Assembly: GCA_021295855.1 (NCBI GenBank)
Contig: JAGWBO010000001.1
Location: forward strand, 11,134 to 75,133
Source: Pseudomonadales bacterium
GTDB lineage: Bacteria > Pseudomonadota > Gammaproteobacteria > Pseudomonadales > Azotimanducaceae
Direction of reading: 5' to 3'
DNA: 64,000 bases
The notes beneath the pieces were generated by a model. The model was not told the origin of the DNA. It saw only the letters and a list, made by a program, of their open reading frames with translations, and ran no database searches. Positions 56,548 to 64,000 of this stretch are shown here, in pieces. Within the stretch, counting starts at the first letter, position 1, and the number at the start of each line of letters is the position of its first letter. A program made the position numbers and the translations under genes.

Positions 56548-58466
56548 TTTAGTAAGTGAGTTGGTAACTCTAGCTCGTGAGGACTGAAGAGTTGGACTTG
56601 CTCTCCTGCACGCGTGGCGTAGACCACAGCGAATGCGAGAACGCCTTTGATGTACTCACGCGTCTCCCGGAATGGAATGATCTCGATAAATGACGGTACA
56701 TCTTGAACCTCATAGTCGCGTAACCATGCGTAAGTTCGGTGCTTGCCTGCGTTATATGACGCCGCAATAAGGATGCGATTGTCCGAAAACTCCGAAGCGA
56801 GTTCTGCGACATGTAACGAACCCAGCTCGACATTTCTACGCGGGTCCAACAACGAATCATTAGAAGGCCGAGCGATGCCGTGGTTGCGGGCAGTCGCACG
56901 CGCGGTAGACAACATCATCTGCATCAGACCGCGTGCGCCAGCCCGCGAGACCGCTCGGTGGTTGAATGCACTTTCTTGTCTAGATAGCGCTAGTAGAAAC
57001 GACAATGGGACGTCTGCAACGAACGCGCCTTTTTTAAAGTAGCTCAGGAAAGGTGTCGGAAAGCGGACTTCAAGAAAGTTGAGCATCTCGCCGCGATTTG
57101 CTGCGAAGATCGCCTCATTTGACAATCCAAATTCGTAAAACCACTGGATCATGACCATCTTGTCTTCGTCAGTCAGCGTTTCCTCAAACTTCCTCCATTC
57201 TTGACGACCGTTCACGGGTTCGTTAACCGCGAAGAACTCCAACACCATGCGCGCGTGCGGATCAGCGGCTAGTTTCACTTCACGTTCCGTGTTCTGGTGA
57301 TAGTGTTGCTCATTCAGGCTGACCGGTATGTCTAGGTCTTGTGCCGCGAGAAATCCGTAGTAAGTTCGCTCTTTGGCAAGTGACGTTAATGATTCCTTCC
57401 AAGTGTCCCGCTCGAGCGCGCGATCAGTAATCGCACGCCAATAACGCCATTGGTATTTGGCAAGTTCGGCCTCTGGGAGTTGCTGAATCCAGTAATCTGC
57501 CTCGTGCCAAGCACGCTTTGAGATTGCGGTGTGGATAACCCGCTCAAGCGCTGGCGTCGAAATTCCGGTTCTGTGCGGTAAGCCGATATGTCCTTCTAGT
57601 CCGAGCCAAAGATAGAGTTCACTTACTGAGACCGTCGTCTGGATCTCGTCGAATTCTCTCGCTTGACGATGCTGTTGCCACACAGAGAAAGCTCGTGAAG
57701 AATCAGTTCGCGCGAGACTGCTCAATCCATAAAGGAGCGCATCGTTTCCCCACCGATTGTCAGGGAAGCGATTCAGATTGACTACGATTCGCGGGTCACG
57801 CCTTGCCGCGTACATTAACTCCGCACTCGGTTTAACCTCATCTGACATGAAACGCATGACGTATCGACTGAGTTGATACTGGCGCGCATCCAGTGCTTTC
57901 TTCATGCGTTCCCACGCAAGATCCGAAGAAACGCCACCATCCCGAATCCATATCTCAAACGCGGGATCACAGGACTTGTCTTGACTCTTACCGACATTCC
58001 ACAGATCGGGTAGGATGGAATAGGCTGTGGCTTTATCCCCGGTTCGGATTAAGGCTAATGCATAGCGGCATTGCGCAACAATGTCGCTCGTAGGTTGATA
58101 GTGCTCCACGTAGTCTTGCCACCTACCTCGAGCTGCTTGGGTTTTTAGCCACTCAGCCATGAAGCGGTCGCCAAACGTGAATTGACGCATTTCGTCACGA
58201 AATGCTACGGCTTCTGCAGCGTTAGTTTGGCTTAATCGACTTAGAGTGCGCAGGTAGTTGAGGTAAGGGACGAGAGGGTAGTCGCCAAGTTCGGCAACGT
58301 GCGTCTCGAACTGATTTATGTCATTCGCTCGCAGTGCGGATACAGCGCGTTTGTAGAGTGCACGATCCTCGTACCAACCTGCGTACGTACCAGCGCCGTA
58401 GCACGTAACTATTGCTAACAGCGCTATCGCAAAGGCTCGGCGATTCCAAATGACTCGTTGCCTCAT
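56544..58466 (-). CDS. slt: soluble lytic murein transglycosylase (Slt70-like)
   Basis: Signal peptide MRQRVIWNRRAFAIALLAIV. A long superhelical U-domain, then a C-terminal SLT domain (SRQESAFNHRAVSRAGARGLMQM...YNAG). The ORF-track start is 58610. Confidence 0.8.
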   Translation of the reverse strand: MRQRVIWNRRAFAIALLAIVTCYGAGTYAGWYEDRALYKRAVSALRANDINQFETHVAELGDYPLVPYLNYLRTLSRLSQTNAAEAVAFRDEMRQFTFGDRFMAEWLKTQAARGRWQDYVEHYQPTSDIVAQCRYALALIRTGDKATAYSILPDLWNVGKSQDKSCDPAFEIWIRDGGVSSDLAWERMKKALDARQYQLSRYVMRFMSDEVKPSAELMYAARRDPRIVVNLNRFPDNRWGNDALLYGLSSLARTDSSRAFSVWQQHRQAREFDEIQTTVSVSELYLWLGLEGHIGLPHRTGISTPALERVIHTAISKRAWHEADYWIQQLPEAELAKYQWRYWRAITDRALERDTWKESLTSLAKERTYYGFLAAQDLDIPVSLNEQHYHQNTEREVKLAADPHARMVLEFFAVNEPVNGRQEWRKFEETLTDEDKMVMIQWFYEFGLSNEAIFAANRGEMLNFLEVRFPTPFLSYFKKGAFVADVPLSFLLALSRQESAFNHRAVSRAGARGLMQMMLSTARATARNHGIARPSNDSLLDPRRNVELGSLHVAELASEFSDNRILIAASYNAGKHRTYAWLRDYEVQDVPSFIEIIPFRETREYIKGVLAFAVVYATRAGEQVQLFSPHELELPTHLLN

Positions 58467-58781
58467 GTCGTCTGTGCGGTGCCTAATTGACAACGCGAAT
58501 CTACACAACGCATTTGGATGAGGCGATAACACTTGGAGAGAGTATCGGTGGCAAGAACGTAAAAAGCGATACATCCGTGTACTCAGTCTTGCAGAACTTG
58601 AATGCGTCAAATCCGTCGACGCATATTTGCCGATTTTAGTCCTCTGAGCGTCAATCCTGTTCTTGACTTGTGATGGCGTCGGGCGTATGGAGAGACGTCA
58701 TGACAAACATCGTACGACCGCTCGTGCTACCGCTGAGCGAGCCGCGACCGTTCGAAGTGAGAACAGGCAGGCTAGTCGGTG

Positions 58782-59222
58782 CTAGGATTCTGCGTGCGCA
58801 TTCGCTTGTGCGCCCACTCGCACCGCAATGATGTCGCACGGCGAGCCATGTAAGACGCCATTTGCGGTTGAACCGAAGAGTAGCGCTATTCCGTGACGTC
58901 CATGCGATCCGACAACGATGAGATCTACGTCATTCTCCATCGCGAATCGATGAATCTCGCGCTCCGGTCTGCCATAGACCAAGTGTTGATGGTCGAACGC
59001 AAACGCCGCAATGTAAGCCTCGGTTTGGTCAGTGATGGAATCCTGTACCGCAGAGACGTCCATGGGGATGTCACCCCCGTACGAGAGCGTGATCGGTTCG
59101 ATAACGTGGATTAGATGTAAATCTGCTCTACTCAACTGAGCGACTTCCTTGGCACGATCAGCGACGAGCTTGCAATCATCTGTGAGATCAACTGCGACGA
59201 GTATGCGGGAATATAGGCTCAT
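58782..59222 (-). CDS. uspA: universal stress protein (UspA family)
   Basis: ILVAVDL start, DLIVVGSHGRHG, and GSTANGVLH. Confidence 0.8.
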   Translation of the reverse strand: MSLYSRILVAVDLTDDCKLVADRAKEVAQLSRADLHLIHVIEPITLSYGGDIPMDVSAVQDSITDQTEAYIAAFAFDHQHLVYGRPEREIHRFAMENDVDLIVVGSHGRHGIALLFGSTANGVLHGSPCDIIAVRVGAQANAHAES

Positions 59223-59438
59223 GGCATCGAAATATTCACTCGTTCAACTTATTGTAAATTCAGAAAGATTGCAGTGACAACGAATAATCTGACCTTCCGA
59301 TTAATTCGCCACTGTGTGATTGTTTCGGACAAAACTGCGCTGATCTACGAGACGCAACGCCTCTGTAGAAAAAGGCTCACGATTGGGGAGACAGGCACGA
59401 ATTTGAAATCGTTTTATTGACGTATAGGTCAAGATAAC

Positions 59439-60080
59439 TTGCGAAACGAGAATCTAGAATCAGTGTCGTGCGGGAGTTTTTTGCCCAACCGAGGTGACTT
59501 TAAATTGGACTGGCTGATAATCACATTGGTGTTGCTGGTGGCGTTCGGCGGCGTGGCGTATGTCATGCCATCGAAGTTCCAGCGTCGAGTTAGTCAACTG
59601 CGACTTGAAGCGCGCAAGCAAGGAATATTCACTTCATCCAGGACGATTCCGGACCTGGACGCGGACGCCGAGGATCGGGTTACGTCAGGAGGTAAAGTCC
59701 GTCAGCGCGAAAACCTGTGTGTCGTATACGACTTAACCTATCCCAGCTCAACTTCCAATCCACCAACTTGGCATCTTGTGCGCTTTAAGAAATCGCAAGT
59801 GCCTATACCTGGCTGGTTAATACGCGACAACAATTTGGAAGGCGTACAGCTTTCGGATGCAAGCTATTGGGCCACCGTCGCCGAATACATCGCAGACATG
59901 CCTAAATACTGCCGAAGCGTTATTAGTCATAACAGTGGAGTTAGTTGGATTGGGACGGAATCTAAGGACGCCGTTATTGAGGACAGATTTCTAACCGAGC
60001 TCACTTCGTCGCTCGAATCCCTGAGGGATTTGAATCTCTCCATCAGCGCGGCCAGTGAGGACCATGAGGACACGGAATAG
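59439..60080 (+). CDS. hypothetical membrane-anchored protein
   Basis: Single N-terminal TM (WLIITLVLLVAFGGVAYVM). No family recognised. The start codon is uncertain (TTG). Confidence 0.35.
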   Translation: MRNENLESVSCGSFLPNRGDFKLDWLIITLVLLVAFGGVAYVMPSKFQRRVSQLRLEARKQGIFTSSRTIPDLDADAEDRVTSGGKVRQRENLCVVYDLTYPSSTSNPPTWHLVRFKKSQVPIPGWLIRDNNLEGVQLSDASYWATVAEYIADMPKYCRSVISHNSGVSWIGTESKDAVIEDRFLTELTSSLESLRDLNLSISAASEDHEDTE

Positions 60081-60181
60081 TGTCATATTTCCATATTCGT
60101 TCTAAAATCGCGCGTGTTGTTTCCGATTAATAGCGTGACTCACCAATTGACAAAGTACAGCGAGTGTAGTTTCTAGATAGG

Positions 60182-62818
60182 ATGCCTAAGCACTTAGTAA
60201 TCGTTGAATCGCCAGGCAAAATCAAATCCATTGAAAGGTATTTGAAGAATTTCAGACTGCCGAACGGAGACGGTCAGTCAACCTCTATAGAACCTGAATC
60301 ATTCAAAGTCGTGTCGAGTTTTGGACATGTGCGCGACTTGCCTTCGAGCGGATTGAATCTCGAACCAGAGAAAAACTGGAAAGCGAATTACCAGCTTCTC
60401 CCAGACAAACAAAAAGTCGTTGAAAAGCTTCGGCAAGAAGCCAAGAACGCCGCATTAGTTTTTCTTGCCACGGACCTCGATAGAGAAGGGGAAGCCATCG
60501 CGTGGCACTTAAAGGAGGTTATCGGCGGCACCGACGATCGGTTTGTTCGCGTGGTGTTCAACGAGATCACAGAATCCGCGATTCACAAAGCGTTCTCTGA
60601 ACGCGGCCACATCGATGAAAACCGCGTAAACGCGCAACAGGCAAGACGGTTTCTAGATCGTGTCGTTGGATACAAGCTGACGCCGCTGCTCTATCAAAAA
60701 ATCGCGCGAGGTCTCTCGGCTGGACGCGTCCAAAGCGTTGCGGTTCGCTTGGTTGTGGAACGCGAACGCGAGATTCGTGCGTTCAAACCGAAGGAGTATT
60801 GGGACGTCTTCGCCGACCTGCAACGAGATGAAGATGGAGAAACGAGACGCTTTCAGGTACACCGTCAAAACGACGCAAGTTTCGAGGTAAATTCTGAAGA
60901 AACTGCTGACGCAGTATTGGCCAAGATTGAAGTGTCAAGTCCGACCGTTTCTTCGATCACGAAACGGAACAGTGAGTCCAGACCGAGCGCGCCTTTTATC
61001 ACGTCAACACTGCAACAAGCCGCGTCTAGTCGGTTTGGATATCCGGTGGCTCGCACCATGAGACTAGCTCAAAGCTTGTATGAAGCCGGACTAATTACGT
61101 ACATGCGAACCGATTCAACGAGTATTTCTGACGACGCGCGACAGAACGCCGCTAGGTTGGTGAAAAGCAAATTCGGCGAAGCGTATCTGCCAGCGAAACC
61201 CAATCAATATAAGAGCAAATCTAATGCACAGGAAGCACACGAAGCGATTCGACCGAGCGATGTGAACTCTGAACCTGATGCAGCTGCGTCAGCATTGACT
61301 TCACAACGTATGTCGAGTCAGGATCGCGCTGCAGCTTCACAGTTGTATGGATTGATATGGCGTCAATTCATTGCGTCACAGATGACGCCTGCGAGATATG
61401 AGAATACGACCGTTAATGTCAAGGCGGACACATTCGAGCTTAGGTTAAACGGCCGTAGGACACTATTTGATGGTCACACGCGCGTCTCGGCGGCGACGAG
61501 GTCTGACAATGCAGAACGGGATTTACCGCAGTATCGCGAGGGCGAAGTCCTCAAGTTAATCGGGCTTGATAAGAAACAGCATTTCACAAAGCCACCTGCG
61601 CGCTTTAGCGAAGCTAGGTTGGTGAGCGAACTAGAACGACGTGGAATCGGGAGGCCGAGTACATACTCATCGATTATTTCAACGATAAAGGATCGCGGCT
61701 ACGTGAGTGTGCGCGGACGACGCTTCTACGCGGAACGCATCGCAGAGGTTGTCACCGACCGCCTCGTCGAGTGTTTCAACGAGCTGCTCAGCTACGAATT
61801 CACCGCGGAGATGGAAGGGCGGCTAGACGAAGTTGCGCTTGGTGAGACTGGATGGTTGGATTTGCTCAATGAGTACCACGACGACTTCGCCATCAAGCTT
61901 GACACCGCAAGTGACAAAGATGCGGGGATGCGTCCGAATACGCCCATAAAGACCGACATCCCGTGTGAGAAATGTGGTAGACCGATGACCATCCGTGTCG
62001 CTGGTACGGGTACTTTTCTTGGTTGCTCGGGTTATGCGGCACCACCAAAAGAACGGTGTCGTAACACGATCAACTTGGTATCTGATGAGAACACTATCAC
62101 TACGGCGGCTGACGACGAAGCCGATGCCGACGAAAACGAGAGTCGACGACTTTTGGCGAAACGTCATTGCGGTATTTGCGGTAGTGCGATGGACGGTTAC
62201 ATGATGAGTGAGGCATTCAAGCTTCATGTATGTGGCAACTCGCCGACGTGTCCAGGTTATGAAGTCGAGCCTGGCGAATTCAAGATCGCGGGCTACGACG
62301 GACCGATCGTTGAGTGCAATAAATGCGGTCACGACATGCAGCTTAAAACGGGACGATTTGGAAAGTTCTTTGGCTGTACAAATGAGACTTGCGATAACAC
62401 TCGCAAATTGCTTAAGACAGGTGAGGTGGCCGCTCCACCGATCCATATGGACGAACTTCAGGTTCCCAATGAAGAGGACTACTTTGTGCTGCGGGAAGGG
62501 AGCGCTGGGATTTTCCTCGGTGCAAGTAAGTACCCGAAGGTACGTGTCATTCGTCAGCCTCGTGTGAAAGAGTTGATTACACACGCAAACGAACTTGACC
62601 CGAAATTCAGCTACATGCTGAGTGCGCCTCACGAAGACGAGAAAGGTAATGACACATTCGTCCGTTTCGCACGCAAGACGCGCGAGCACTATCTGTCCTC
62701 AATGAAAGGCGACAAAGACACTGGGTGGCGCGCGTATTACAAGAACGGTGCTTGGGAAGCCGTCAAACCCACGCCGAAAAAACGGAAATCTACTGCAAAG
62801 CGGAAGATTTCTAAGTAG
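60182..62818 (+). CDS. topA: DNA topoisomerase I
   Basis: Toprim start KHLVIVESPGKIKSIERYL. Active-site region ITYMRTDS. Three C-terminal zinc ribbons (CEKCGRPM..GCSGY; CGICGS..VCGNSPTC; CNKCGH..GCTNETC). Lys-rich tail. Confidence 0.95.
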   Translation: MPKHLVIVESPGKIKSIERYLKNFRLPNGDGQSTSIEPESFKVVSSFGHVRDLPSSGLNLEPEKNWKANYQLLPDKQKVVEKLRQEAKNAALVFLATDLDREGEAIAWHLKEVIGGTDDRFVRVVFNEITESAIHKAFSERGHIDENRVNAQQARRFLDRVVGYKLTPLLYQKIARGLSAGRVQSVAVRLVVEREREIRAFKPKEYWDVFADLQRDEDGETRRFQVHRQNDASFEVNSEETADAVLAKIEVSSPTVSSITKRNSESRPSAPFITSTLQQAASSRFGYPVARTMRLAQSLYEAGLITYMRTDSTSISDDARQNAARLVKSKFGEAYLPAKPNQYKSKSNAQEAHEAIRPSDVNSEPDAAASALTSQRMSSQDRAAASQLYGLIWRQFIASQMTPARYENTTVNVKADTFELRLNGRRTLFDGHTRVSAATRSDNAERDLPQYREGEVLKLIGLDKKQHFTKPPARFSEARLVSELERRGIGRPSTYSSIISTIKDRGYVSVRGRRFYAERIAEVVTDRLVECFNELLSYEFTAEMEGRLDEVALGETGWLDLLNEYHDDFAIKLDTASDKDAGMRPNTPIKTDIPCEKCGRPMTIRVAGTGTFLGCSGYAAPPKERCRNTINLVSDENTITTAADDEADADENESRRLLAKRHCGICGSAMDGYMMSEAFKLHVCGNSPTCPGYEVEPGEFKIAGYDGPIVECNKCGHDMQLKTGRFGKFFGCTNETCDNTRKLLKTGEVAAPPIHMDELQVPNEEDYFVLREGSAGIFLGASKYPKVRVIRQPRVKELITHANELDPKFSYMLSAPHEDEKGNDTFVRFARKTREHYLSSMKGDKDTGWRAYYKNGAWEAVKPTPKKRKSTAKRKISK

Positions 62819-62842
62819 GAGCGAACTTCCAGCTAAGAAACA

Positions 62843-62868
62843 CGAGGCGTCTCGAATGTGACGCCTCG
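62843..62868. terminator. perfect 9-bp hairpin between the convergent topA and lexA genes
   Basis: CGAGGCGTC-N8-GACGCCTCG. On the minus strand it is followed by TGTTTCTT, which serves lexA. There is no clear U-tract on the plus strand. Confidence 0.5.
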
Positions 62869-62902
62869 CTGAAGTCAGTAGCTGATTTTTAGAAAGGCTT
62901 GT

Positions 62903-63511
62903 CTATAGCCGCATACGAATCAAACCGACGCTAATCCCTTCAATCCGTAAATCGGGTGAAGATTCGTCGACCTTGATCGTCTGATATTCCTTATTAGCGG
63001 GGATAAGGTGGATCTCGCGGTTTTCATGGTCGCGTTTGAAGCGTTTGACGGTGACTTCCTCCTCTAGACGCGCAACAACAATTTGATTGTCGTGCACCTC
63101 GTGCGTTTTGTGTACCGCAACGAGGTCACCATCGAAGATTCCAGCTTCGATCATGCTCTCGCCTTGAACGCGTAGAAGATAGTCAGCGTGAGGGTCAAAC
63201 ATCCCACCCGACACAAGACTTTCCCGCTCGACGTGCTCTTCCGCAAGTATTGGCGAGCCTGCGGCAACACGACCGATGATCGGAAGATACTCTTTCTGGA
63301 AGTCCTTGACGATGATTCCCCGTGAGGTATTTCGTTGCAGCTGAATAAATCCTTTGCGATCGAGTGCACGAAGATGTTCCTCGGCTGCGTTGGGTGATCG
63401 AAATCCGAATTCATCCGTGATATTGCGACGTGTAGGTGGATAACCGTTGTCCTGACGATACGTCCGAATGAAGTCGAGCACCTCAGCCTGACGTTTTGTG
63501 ATGGATTTCAA
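62903..63511 (-). CDS. lexA: LexA repressor
   Basis: 202 aa. Close to the E. coli LexA pattern: MK..T.RQ.EV...IR......GYPPTR..I...FGFRSPNAAEEHL.AL.RKG. Ala-Gly cleavage site (VAAGSP), catalytic Ser (GESM) and Lys (TVKRF). Confidence 0.95.
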   Translation of the reverse strand: MKSITKRQAEVLDFIRTYRQDNGYPPTRRNITDEFGFRSPNAAEEHLRALDRKGFIQLQRNTSRGIIVKDFQKEYLPIIGRVAAGSPILAEEHVERESLVSGGMFDPHADYLLRVQGESMIEAGIFDGDLVAVHKTHEVHDNQIVVARLEEEVTVKRFKRDHENREIHLIPANKEYQTIKVDESSPDLRIEGISVGLIRMRL

Positions 63512-63544
63512 ATCGAACCTCTCATTTAGTTGTTAGGACGTTCA

Positions 63545-63560
63545 GGTATGTAAATATACC
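63545..63560. promoter_or_regulatory. 16-bp palindrome GGTATGTAAATATACC (GTAT-N6-ATAC) 34 bp upstream of the lexA start; candidate operator
   Basis: Read directly. It overlaps a second inverted repeat CCCATTT-N14-AAATGGG (63559-63586). There is no CTGT-N8-ACAG anywhere in 63512-63720. Confidence 0.35.
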
Positions 63561-63639
63561 CATTTAAATTGGTATATGCAAATGGGACGACGTTTCGGTA
63601 CTCAGTACAACTATCCATTTAACGAATCAACCTCTTCGC

Positions 63640-63653
63640 GTATATGCATATAC
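63640..63653. promoter_or_regulatory. perfect 14-bp palindrome GTATATGCATATAC (GTAT-N6-ATAC)
   Basis: Read directly. It shares the 9-mer GTATATGCA with 63572-63580. Lies between lexA and the higA-like fragment. Confidence 0.3.
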
Positions 63654-63805
63654 ATTAATATCAAACTTATCCTAGAGGGATCTTCGAGACCTAGCCTAGA
63701 TCGTCTGACTTCTACACCGTATGCAAACGCCCCACAACACAACGTTGGCGCGACACATGACATCTAGACCTATTAGACCGAGGCGACAACGAGCGAGTCA
63801 GACCG

Positions 63806-64000
63806 ATGCTCAATCCACCGCACATGGGAGAGCTCATTCGCAATAACATGATAGAAGAGGTGGGTTGGAACGTGGCTGAAACCGCGGCGCATCTCGGTTG
63901 AGCACGTGGAACACTCTTACGTCTACTCAATGGTAACTCGGGGGTATCGTTGAGAATGGCATCGGCGCTTGTGGATATTGGATGGGGTACAGCCGATCAC
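63806..64000 (+). pseudogene. HigA-family (XRE HTH) antitoxin-like gene interrupted by an in-frame TGA; truncated by the window edge
   Basis: Hand translation gives MLNPPHMGELIRNNMIEEVGWNVAETAAHLG*ARGTLLRLLNGNSGVSLRMASALVDIGWGTADH. This matches the HigA pattern N.PHPGE.L.......G.....AA..LGVSR.TLS.LLNG...I...MA.RL. The TGA at 63899-63901 sits where the family has Val. Confidence 0.5.

Noticed and set aside
61823-62689. 288-aa ORF antisense to the zinc-ribbon region of topA
   Set aside because: It lies entirely inside a confidently identified essential gene. The translation is low-quality (Arg/Thr/Val/Phe-rich) with no recognisable motif. Long antisense frames are expected opposite coding sequence with RNY-biased codons.
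63529-63543. Alphaproteobacterial-type LexA box (GTTG-N7-GTTC) just upstream of lexA
   Set aside because: It has one mismatch to GTTC-N7-GTTC. It sits only 18-32 nt from the start codon, in the RBS region. The LexA protein itself is the short gammaproteobacterial type, so this is most likely chance.
1-64000. CRISPR arrays, tRNA/rRNA genes, IS elements, integrases, prophage genes
   Set aside because: I scanned all intergenic gaps and the ORF list. I found no regularly spaced direct repeats, no tRNA-like TPsiC-arm consensus (GGTTCGAATCC), no transposase, recombinase or phage-like translations, and no long terminal inverted repeats. This was done by eye; short or degenerate elements could have been missed.

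Overview
This 64-kb chromosomal segment reads like gammaproteobacterial core genome. That taxonomic call is an inference from an E. coli-like 202-aa LexA, an 878-aa TopA with C-terminal zinc ribbons, and a Gsp-type T2SS. GC looks near 50% by eye; I did not compute it.

About 58 densely packed protein genes are present, many translationally coupled through ATGA/TTGA overlaps. The main blocks, left to right:
- NAD-linked formate dehydrogenase operon fdsG-fdsB-fdsA-fdhD-mobA (minus strand), then gor plus an alanine/glycine:cation symporter.
- A split PhyH-type dioxygenase, sppA, an out-of-cluster murF, moaA, and a DUF1285 gene.
- ETF-QO divergent from etfBA, then pyrB.
- A secretion block: a small ORF, a Calx-beta/S8/P-domain protease, then gspEFGHIJKLM with no gspC/gspD in cis.
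- A poorly characterised stretch at 32-36 kb: an HExxH+TPR secreted protein, two small secreted ORFs, a DUF4143 AAA ATPase, and an AT-rich ORF-poor spacer.
- phhA, cysE plus a zinc-ribbon ORF, and nadK.
- mocA-like and xdhC directly downstream of a MoxR/DUF58/DUF4381/BatA/BatB-C/BatD operon.
- pyrD, amt, an SPFH protein, and a coupled GNAT-S9 peptidase-ddl triplet.
- grx-like, an enoyl-CoA hydratase, tatD, slt, uspA, topA, lexA, and a stop-interrupted higA-like fragment at the right edge.

I saw no rRNA, tRNA, CRISPR array, transposase, integrase or phage genes.

I did not find a clear-cut novel multi-gene system. The most unusual items are:
- the GNAT-S9-Ddl coupled operon;
- the candidate trans-propeptide ORF in front of the T2SS-linked protease;
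- the secretin-less gsp operon;
- the non-canonical palindromes where a lexA SOS box is expected;
- the interdigitated divergent 5' ends at 33.5 kb;
- the DUF4143/AT-rich islet.

All family calls rest on motif recognition from memory, not on searches.
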